This document shows positions 26,606-33,201 of a stretch of 33,201 nt of DNA, in pieces. Position 1 is the first letter of the stretch; each line of letters starts with the position of its first letter. The stretch is from Acetobacteraceae bacterium (GTDB lineage: Bacteria; Pseudomonadota; Alphaproteobacteria; Acetobacterales; Acetobacteraceae), in assembly GCA_027489135.1 (NCBI GenBank), contig JAIYAI010000286.1, positions 1-33,201 on the forward strand, given 5' to 3'. The notes beneath the pieces are model-generated. The model saw only the letters and a list, made by a program, of their open reading frames with translations, was not told where the DNA came from and searched no databases. The translations under genes and the position numbers were made by a program.

Positions 26606-27301
26606 ATGGTCGAGATCGTGGGGCCGCGGAAGCGGGGCAAGGCGGCACCCGCCGTCGCGGCCGAAGCGCCGGACTGGTCCGCCGCCGCCAGGCATCTCCG
26701 CCGCGATCCCGTGCTCAAGCGCGTCATCCGCACCGAGGGGCCCTGCACCCTCACCCCCGTGCAGCGCGAACCCTACGAGGCGCTGGTCCGTGCCATCGCC
26801 CACCAGCAGGTGCATGGGCGCGCGGCGGAGGCCATCCTCGGCCGCTTCATCGCGCTGTTCCCTGGCACCGTCTTTCCGCCGCCGGCGATGGTGCTGGCGA
26901 CGCCGGTCGAGGCGATGCGCGGCTGCGGCTTCTCGCAATCCAAGGTCGCCGCCATCCGCGACATCGCGGAGAAGGCGGAGGGCGGACTCGTGCCGACCCG
27001 CGTCGCCGCGGCCGCCCTCGATGACGCCGCGCTGATCGAGCGCCTGACCGCCATCCGGGGCGTCGGGCGCTGGACCGTCGAGATGCTGCTGATGTTCACT
27101 CTGGGCCGGACGGACATCCTGCCGATCGACGATTTCGGTGTGCGCGAGGGCTGGAAGGTCGCGGCGGGGCTGGAGGCGCAGCCGAAGCCGAAGGAACTCG
27201 CCGCCATTGGCGAGGCCTGGGCGCCCTGGCGCAGCATCGCCGCCTGGTATCTCTGGCGCGCCGCGGACCGCGCCAAGCGCAGCGCCTTCAAGCCGCAATA
27301 G
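26606..27301 (+). CDS. DNA-3-methyladenine glycosylase II family (AlkA-like, HhH-GPD) protein
   Basis: Helix-hairpin-helix LTAIRGVGRWTVEMLLMF followed by the catalytic Asp region LPIDDFGVREG. The GAGGAG RBS at 26595-26600 overlaps the upstream TGA. Confidence 0.85.
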   Translation: MVEIVGPRKRGKAAPAVAAEAPDWSAAARHLRRDPVLKRVIRTEGPCTLTPVQREPYEALVRAIAHQQVHGRAAEAILGRFIALFPGTVFPPPAMVLATPVEAMRGCGFSQSKVAAIRDIAEKAEGGLVPTRVAAAALDDAALIERLTAIRGVGRWTVEMLLMFTLGRTDILPIDDFGVREGWKVAAGLEAQPKPKELAAIGEAWAPWRSIAAWYLWRAADRAKRSAFKPQ

Positions 27302-28203
27302 TGGTCGCTCGCCGCGGCCTGCTGATCGGCGCCGGCGCCCTCTTCGCGGCCGGGCTGGGTCTGGCGGGTTGGAGCCTGGCGTGGGAACCGGGGCTCCGCC
27401 TCGCCGTGGTGCGCCATGCCGTGGCCTCGCCCGCCTGGCCCGCCGGATTGCCGCCGATCACCATCGCCTGCGTCGCCGACCCGCATTGCTGCTGGCCGCA
27501 TACGCCGCCCGAGCGCCTTGACCGCATCGTGCGCCTTGTCGGCGACTTGCGGCCCGACATGGTGGTGGTGCTGGGCGACTACCTGGCGAGCCACCGTTTC
27601 GTCACGCGCCGGGTGGAGATGGGCCAGGTCGCGGAGATCCTGGCCGGGCTGGCGGCGCCGCTCGGCGTGCACGCGATCCTCGGCAATCATGACTGGTGGG
27701 AGGACGGGGTGGCGAGCGCGGCGCCGGGGCAGGGGATGCCGGCGGCCGCGGCGGATTTCGCCGCGGCTGGGATGCCGGTGCTGCACAACGCGGCGCGGGC
27801 GGTGACGCATGCGGGGCGGCGCCTCTGGGTCGCGGGCCTCGGCAGCCAATGGGCCTATCGCGGGCTGGTCGGGCGGGCTGGCGCCGACGACCTCGAGGCC
27901 GCGCTGCGCGCCGTGCCGCCGGCGGATCCCGTGCTGCTGCTGGCGCATGAGCCCGACATCTTCCCCCGCGTGCCGTCGCGCGTCGCGCTGACCTTGGCCG
28001 GCCACACGCATGGCGGGCAGGTCAGCCTGGCCGGGTGGCGGCCCTATGTCCCCTCGCGCTTCGGCGACCGCTATGCCTGGGGGCATGTCGAGGAGGCGGG
28101 GCGGCACCTCGTCGTCTCGGGCGGCATCGGGCAGTCGATCCTGCCGGTGCGCCTCGGCGTGCCGCCGGAGATCACGCTGGTGACGCTGTCCGCCGCCGGC
28201 TGA
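27301..28203 (+). CDS. Metallophosphoesterase with a twin-arginine-type signal peptide
   Basis: Calcineurin-like motifs DPH, GDY, GNHD and GHTHGGQ in the canonical order. N-terminus VARRGLLIGAGALFAAGLGLAG. The GTG start overlaps the upstream TAG as TAGTG at 27299-27303. Confidence 0.85.
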   Translation: MVARRGLLIGAGALFAAGLGLAGWSLAWEPGLRLAVVRHAVASPAWPAGLPPITIACVADPHCCWPHTPPERLDRIVRLVGDLRPDMVVVLGDYLASHRFVTRRVEMGQVAEILAGLAAPLGVHAILGNHDWWEDGVASAAPGQGMPAAAADFAAAGMPVLHNAARAVTHAGRRLWVAGLGSQWAYRGLVGRAGADDLEAALRAVPPADPVLLLAHEPDIFPRVPSRVALTLAGHTHGGQVSLAGWRPYVPSRFGDRYAWGHVEEAGRHLVVSGGIGQSILPVRLGVPPEITLVTLSAAG

Positions 28204-28254
28204 TTCCACGGCATGGAGATTGCTGACCTTCCGGCCGCTCGCCCGGGGGGACGC

Positions 28255-30336
28255 ATGGATTTCCGCATTTCCGTCGATACCGGCGGAACCTTCACCGACA
28301 TGGTCGTGCTCGACCCCGCGGGCCGCCTGCACATCGGGAAGGCACTGACGACGCCGGAGCGCATCTTCGCGGGCATGCAGGGCGCGCTGGCGGTGGTGGC
28401 GGAGACGCTTGGCCTGACGGTGCGGGACTTGCTGTCGCGCAGCGGCATCCTGATCTACGGCACGACGCGCGCCACCAATGCCGTCGTGACGAAGCGCACC
28501 GCGAAGACGGCCTTCCTGACGACCCAGGGCTTCAAGGACACGCTGACCTTGAAGGAAGGCGGCAAGCCCGGGCCGCACGATTACAGCTTCGACTACCCCG
28601 ACCCCTATATCCCGCGCCGCCGCAGCTTCGAGATCGCCGAGCGGATCGGGTCGGAGGGCGAGGTGGTGCGCCCGCTGGACCTCGACCAGGCGCGCGGCGT
28701 GCTGGCGACCCTGAAGGCGCGGGGGATCGAGGCGGTCGCCGTCTCCCTGCTGTGGTCCATCGCCAATCCCGCGCATGAACTCGCGCTCGGGGCGCTGATC
28801 GAGGAGATGCTGCCCGGCATCCCCTACACCCTCTCGCACCAGCTGGTGCCGATCCTGCGCGAGTATCGCCGCGCCTCCGCCACGGCCATCGACGCCTCGC
28901 TGAAGCCGCTGATGCAGCAGCATCTGCGGGAGATGGCCGGCGACCTGCGGGAAGGCGGCTTCGGCGGTGACCTGCTGGTCAGCACCTCCGTCGGCGGTTG
29001 CCAGGCGGTGGAGGCGCTGATCGCCCGGCCCATCCACACGCTGAAATCCGGGCCCGCGATGGCGCCCGTCGCCGGCCGCGCCTTCGCCGCGGTGGAGCGC
29101 ATGGGCGGCAACGCCATCGTCTGCGATACCGGGGGCACCACCTTCGATGTCGGCCTCGTGCGCGACGGGTCGCTCGTCTACACGCGGGACAGCTGGCTCG
29201 GGCCGCGCTGGCTCGGCGACATCATCGGCACCTCGACCGTCGACATGCGCTCCATCGGCGCCGGCGGCGGGTCCATCGCCTGGATCGATGCGGGCGGGCT
29301 GCTGCGCGTCGGGCCGCAATCGGCGGGCTCCGTCCCCGGTCCCGCCTGCTACGGGCGGGGCGGCGACCAGCCCACCGTCACCGATGCCGCGATGCATCTC
29401 GGCTACATCGACCCGGGGTACTTCAACGGCGGGCGGCTCGGCCTCGATCCCGAAGCGGCGACGCGGGTGATCGCGGCGCTGGCCGAAAAGCTGGGTCGCA
29501 CGCCGGACGCGACCGCCGCCGCCATCATGACCATCGCCAACGAGTTGATGATCAAGGCGATCGGCGAGATCACGGTGAACGAGGGGGTGAACCCGCGGGA
29601 GAGCGTGATCGTCGCCGGCGGCGGCGCGGCGGGCTTCAACATCATGCCCATCGCGCGGGAACTCGGCTGCGACACGGTGATCCTGCCCCGCCTCGCCTCC
29701 GCCCTCTCGGCTTGCGGGATGCAGCACAGCGACATCGTCTTCGAGGCAACGCGCAGCCGCTTCACCGACACATCAGGCTTCGACACGGAGGGCGTGAACC
29801 GCGCGCTCGCCGAGATCGAGGCGGAGCTTGCCGAGTTCCGCGCCGGGCTGAAGGGCGCGGAGGGCGCCCCGGCGCGCGTCGAGCTGGTCGTGGAGGCACG
29901 CTACCGCGCCCAGGTCTGGGAGCTGGACACGCCGCTGCCCACCCCGCGGATCGGCGGCGCGGCGGACGTGGCCGCGCTGGCCGAGGCCTTCCACCAGGCG
30001 CATGAGCGCGTCTACGCCGTGCGCGACGCCGGCAGCCCCGTTGAGTTCGTGAACTGGAAGGGCCGCATCGCCATCGGCCTTTTCGCGCCGCCGCCGCCGC
30101 CCGACACGGTCGCCGAGCCCTACGACCCGCCGCCCGACACGCACCGCCCATGCTACTTCGCCGAGACGGGCGTTCGGGCGCCGACGCCGATCTTCCGCGG
30201 CGCCGCGCTGCGGCCCGGCGCGCGCATCGCGGGGCCTGCCATCATCGAGGAACCGACCACGACCATCGTGGTCACGCCCGGCCTCTCGGCGGACCTCTCC
30301 GCCGCCGGCAACTACATCCTGCGCTGCGGGGGCTGA
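28255..30336 (+). CDS. hyuA: Hydantoinase/oxoprolinase family protein, A (HyuA-type) subunit
   Basis: N-terminus MDFRISVDTGGTFTD and an internal CDTGGTTFDV (ASKHA-fold phosphate motifs). 693 aa from the ATG at 28255, which is preceded by GGGGGGA. Confidence 0.9.
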   Translation: MDFRISVDTGGTFTDMVVLDPAGRLHIGKALTTPERIFAGMQGALAVVAETLGLTVRDLLSRSGILIYGTTRATNAVVTKRTAKTAFLTTQGFKDTLTLKEGGKPGPHDYSFDYPDPYIPRRRSFEIAERIGSEGEVVRPLDLDQARGVLATLKARGIEAVAVSLLWSIANPAHELALGALIEEMLPGIPYTLSHQLVPILREYRRASATAIDASLKPLMQQHLREMAGDLREGGFGGDLLVSTSVGGCQAVEALIARPIHTLKSGPAMAPVAGRAFAAVERMGGNAIVCDTGGTTFDVGLVRDGSLVYTRDSWLGPRWLGDIIGTSTVDMRSIGAGGGSIAWIDAGGLLRVGPQSAGSVPGPACYGRGGDQPTVTDAAMHLGYIDPGYFNGGRLGLDPEAATRVIAALAEKLGRTPDATAAAIMTIANELMIKAIGEITVNEGVNPRESVIVAGGGAAGFNIMPIARELGCDTVILPRLASALSACGMQHSDIVFEATRSRFTDTSGFDTEGVNRALAEIEAELAEFRAGLKGAEGAPARVELVVEARYRAQVWELDTPLPTPRIGGAADVAALAEAFHQAHERVYAVRDAGSPVEFVNWKGRIAIGLFAPPPPPDTVAEPYDPPPDTHRPCYFAETGVRAPTPIFRGAALRPGARIAGPAIIEEPTTTIVVTPGLSADLSAAGNYILRCGG

Positions 30337-30339
30337 GCC

Positions 30340-32118
30340 ATGGACGATCTCGATCCTGTCCTGCTCTCCGTCATGGCGAACCGCCTCGATGGCATCGTGC
30401 GGGAGATGACGAACACCCTGCTGCGCGCCGCACGCTCCGCCGTGATCTCCTCGGCGCGCGATTTCTCCTGCTGCCTGGTGACGGGGGACGACCAGTTGCT
30501 GGCGCCGGCCGAGGGGCTGCCGGTGCATATCTTCGGCTGTCACATCCAGACCGCGAACATGCGCCGTTACCACGAAGGCGACATCCGCCGCGGCGACGCC
30601 TATCTCGACAACGATCCCTATGGCGGCAACACGCATCCCGCCGACCACACCTTCATGGTGCCGGTCTTCTTCGAGGGAGAGCACCTCTTCACCTCGGTGG
30701 CCAAGTGCCACATGGCGGATATCGGCAACTCGATCCCGTCGAGCTACTTCGTCCTGGCGCGCGACGTCTATCATGAGGGCGCGCTGGTCTTCCCGGGCGT
30801 GCGCATCCAGCGCGACTTCCGCAACATCGAGGACATCGTGCGCATGTGCCGCGCGCGCATCCGCGTGCCGGACCAGTGGTATGGCGACTACCTCGCGGGC
30901 CTCGGTTCCGCGCGCGTCGCCGAGCGGCGGCTGGAGGAGTTCTGCGCCAAGTACGGCGTCGCCACGGTCAAGCGCTTCATCCGCGACTGGTTCGACTACT
31001 CCGAGCGGCGGATGATCGACAACATCCGCCGCATGCCGAAGGCGCGGCTGGTGAATACCGGCCGCTCCGATCCGCTGGAGGGAATCCTGCCCGGCGGGCT
31101 CGACCTCAAGGTGATCGTCGAGATCGACCCCGAGGCCGCGGAGATCCATGTCGACCTCTCCGACAACCCGCCCTGCGTCGATGTCGGGCTCAACACCTCG
31201 CTCGGGGCCGCGACCAGCGCCGTGGTGGGGGCGATCTTCAACGCGCTCGACAAGGACCTGCCGCGCAACGCCGGCAGCTTCCGCCGCCTCCGCTTCACCT
31301 ATGCCGAGGAGAGCGTGGTCGCGGCGCCGAAATTCCCGCATTCCTGCTCCGTCGCCACCACCAATGTCTCGGAGCGGCTGGTGAACATCACCCAGTCCGC
31401 CTTCGCCCAGCTCGGCGACGGGCATGGGCTCAGCGAGGGCGGTACAGGCCTCGGCGTCGGCATGGCGGTGATCAGCGGGAAGGACCATCGCCGCGGCGAT
31501 GCGCCCTTCGTCAACCGCATGATGCTGTCGACCAATGGCGGCCCGTCTTCCCCCGTCGCGGATGGCTGGGTGAACTATGCCATCCCGGTGATCGCGGGGC
31601 TGATGTACCGCGACAGCGTCGAGGTCGATGAACTCAAGCACCCGGTGCGCGTCGAGAGCCTGGAACTGGTGCAGGACAGCGCCGGCGCGGGGCGGCAGCG
31701 CGGCGCGCCGGCCCAGGCCATCGGGCTGACGCCGACCGGCAACCCCGTCACCGCCGTGATCTCCTGCGATGGCCAGCACGCGCCGCCGCGCGGCGTGGTC
31801 GGCGGGCATGCGGGCACGCCGGGCGAGACCTGGCTGGTGGGCGAGAACGGTCATGCCGAGCGCCTGCCCAATGTGGTGCAGGTTACCTGGCAGAAGGGCC
31901 AGGTGCTGCGCGGGCGCGACAGCAGCGGCGGCGGCTATGGCGATCCGCTGCAGCGCGATCCCGCGCGGGTGCTGCATGACGTGCTGGAGGGCTGGGAGAG
32001 TCGCGAGAAGGCGCGCATGGTCTATGGCGTGGTCTTCACCGGCGAGATCGAGGATGAGACTCTCGCCGTGGATGTCGCCGCCACGGCGGCGCTGCGGGCG
32101 GAAAGGGCAGGGGCATGA
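30340..32118 (+). CDS. hyuB: Hydantoinase B/oxoprolinase family protein (HyuB-type subunit)
   Basis: The N-terminus DPVLLSVMANRLDGIVREMTNTLLRAARSAVISSARDFSC is typical of HyuB. The start is 3 nt after the hyuA stop. Confidence 0.9.
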   Translation: MDDLDPVLLSVMANRLDGIVREMTNTLLRAARSAVISSARDFSCCLVTGDDQLLAPAEGLPVHIFGCHIQTANMRRYHEGDIRRGDAYLDNDPYGGNTHPADHTFMVPVFFEGEHLFTSVAKCHMADIGNSIPSSYFVLARDVYHEGALVFPGVRIQRDFRNIEDIVRMCRARIRVPDQWYGDYLAGLGSARVAERRLEEFCAKYGVATVKRFIRDWFDYSERRMIDNIRRMPKARLVNTGRSDPLEGILPGGLDLKVIVEIDPEAAEIHVDLSDNPPCVDVGLNTSLGAATSAVVGAIFNALDKDLPRNAGSFRRLRFTYAEESVVAAPKFPHSCSVATTNVSERLVNITQSAFAQLGDGHGLSEGGTGLGVGMAVISGKDHRRGDAPFVNRMMLSTNGGPSSPVADGWVNYAIPVIAGLMYRDSVEVDELKHPVRVESLELVQDSAGAGRQRGAPAQAIGLTPTGNPVTAVISCDGQHAPPRGVVGGHAGTPGETWLVGENGHAERLPNVVQVTWQKGQVLRGRDSSGGGYGDPLQRDPARVLHDVLEGWESREKARMVYGVVFTGEIEDETLAVDVAATAALRAERAGA

Positions 32119-33201
32119 GCGAACTGATCCAGGACCCGGGCCGGGTCCGCGACCTCTCGGCCGCGATGGCGGCGGGCAGCCTGACGGCCGAGGCGCTGGT
32201 GCGGCGCTGCCTAGACCGCATCGCCGCGGTGGACGGCCAGGTGCAGGCTTGGATCCATGTGCTGCCGGAGGAGGCGCTCGCCGCCGCCCGCGCGCTGGAT
32301 GCGGAGCGGAAAGCGGGCACGGTGCGCGGGCCGCTGCACGGCATCCCGGTCGGCGTGAAGGACGTGATCGACGTGCGAGGCCTGCCGACCCGGGCCAACA
32401 GCCCCTCGCGGGCCGACGCCGCGCCGGCGACCGCGGATGCGACGGTGGTCAGCCACCTGCGGGCGGCGGGCGCCGTCATCCTCGGCAAGGTGCACACCAC
32501 CGAATACGCCTATTTCCAGTCCCTGCCGCCGACGCGGAATCCCTGGGACCTCACGCGCACGCCGGGCGGGTCCTCGGCCGGGTCGGGGGCTGCGATCGCG
32601 GCGGGGACGGTGCCGCTGGCGCTGGGCACGCAGACCGCGGGCAGCGTCAACCGGCCCGCCGCCTATACCGGCACCTGCGCCTTCAAGCCCTCCACCCTCG
32701 CGATCGGCGGCGTCGGCGTGGTGCCGCTGGCGCCGAGCTTCGACACGGTCGGCGCCTTCGGGCAGAGCGCGCAGGACGCGGCCTATTGCGCGGCGGGCTA
32801 TGCGGCGGATCACCTCGGGCTTGTCGGGGCGAAGGCCGCGGCGCCGCGCATCGTGGTGCTGGAGGATCCGCTGATCGCGCGCCTCGTCCAGCCTGGCACC
32901 GCGCAGGGCGTCGCGGCGTTGGCGGAGAGGCTGGCGGGCGCGGGCCTGGCCGTGCGGCGCAGCGCCGCGGCGGCGGGGTTCGAGGCGATGCTCGCGACGC
33001 ATCGGCGCGGGATGGTGGCGGAACTCGGCCGCACTCATGCGTCCCTCCCGAAGGATCGCATCGCGCCGCGCATCGCGGAGGACATCGCCGCCGGCCTCGC
33101 CATCCCCGATGCCGAGTACCAGGCCGGGCTGCGGGCGCTGGCCGGCTTCCGGCGCGATTTCTGGGCCGGCTTCGGGCCCGACGACCTGGTGCTGGTGCCG
33201 G
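32115..33201 (+). CDS. Amidase signature (AS) family amidase; 3' end lies outside the window
   Basis: Not in the supplied ORF track because it has no stop in the window. I translated it by hand from the ATG at 32115, which overlaps the hyuB stop as ATGA. Translation: MSELIQDPGRV...GIPVGVKDVIDV...TPGGSSAGSGAAIAAG...GTQTAGSVNRPAA. This gives the Lys/cis-Ser/Ser triad context. The frame is open to the window end. Confidence 0.85.
   Translation, partial: MSELIQDPGRVRDLSAAMAAGSLTAEALVRRCLDRIAAVDGQVQAWIHVLPEEALAAARALDAERKAGTVRGPLHGIPVGVKDVIDVRGLPTRANSPSRADAAPATADATVVSHLRAAGAVILGKVHTTEYAYFQSLPPTRNPWDLTRTPGGSSAGSGAAIAAGTVPLALGTQTAGSVNRPAAYTGTCAFKPSTLAIGGVGVVPLAPSFDTVGAFGQSAQDAAYCAAGYAADHLGLVGAKAAAPRIVVLEDPLIARLVQPGTAQGVAALAERLAGAGLAVRRSAAAAGFEAMLATHRRGMVAELGRTHASLPKDRIAPRIAEDIAAGLAIPDAEYQAGLRALAGFRRDFWAGFGPDDLVLVP

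Noticed and set aside
26773-31977. 984-aa and 734-aa minus-strand ORFs antisense to the AlkA-like, phosphoesterase, hyuA and hyuB genes
   Set aside because: These are shadow ORFs. The plus-strand genes have strong motifs and operon-style junctions.
1-33201. Search for defence systems, toxin-antitoxin pairs, CRISPR arrays, integrases/transposases, tRNA/rRNA genes and prophage remnants
   Set aside because: No direct-repeat arrays are visible. None of the credible ORFs shows nuclease, helicase, ATPase, recombinase or phage-type motifs. No intergenic gap exceeds 200 bp, and I saw no tRNA-like cloverleaf in the gaps.

Overview
Very GC-rich proteobacterial chromosomal DNA, densely packed with about 29 protein-coding genes. 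I found no rRNA, tRNA, CRISPR array, transposase, integrase or phage gene, and no recognisable transcription factor. Gene calls rest on conserved motifs read in the supplied translations, strong GC3 bias, Shine-Dalgarno spacing and stop/start overlaps. No database search was possible.

The content is catabolic and transport-related, with many C-N bond hydrolases:
- **1-5004:** a five-gene operon of a HisD-like dehydrogenase, a cytosine-deaminase-like amidohydrolase, a Gfo/Idh/MocA oxidoreductase, a PA4872-type oxaloacetate-decarboxylase-like protein and an FMN 2-hydroxyacid dehydrogenase.
- **5005-8224:** a divergent pair of a GGT-like protein without a signal peptide and an M81 (MlrC-like) peptidase.
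- **9434-15416:** a stand-alone N,N-dimethylformamidase large-subunit homologue, followed by pepN and an unknown lipoprotein.
- **15426-20555:** two divergent orphan TctC/Bug binding proteins, one heading a cyclase-SDR-hotdog(-PhyH) module with ATGA overlaps.
- **20756-23697:** a TauD-like protein, an M20 carboxypeptidase and a GGCT-like protein.
- **23833-28203:** a cation/proton antiporter, an LctP-like permease, an AlkA-like glycosylase and a Tat-signal metallophosphoesterase.
- **28255-33201:** hyuA-hyuB plus an amidase that runs off the window end and is missing from the ORF track.

I see no defence, toxin-antitoxin or mobile system. The most interesting items are uncharacterised enzyme modules, not a clearly new system. 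Many long ORFs on the opposite strand are GC-driven shadow ORFs.
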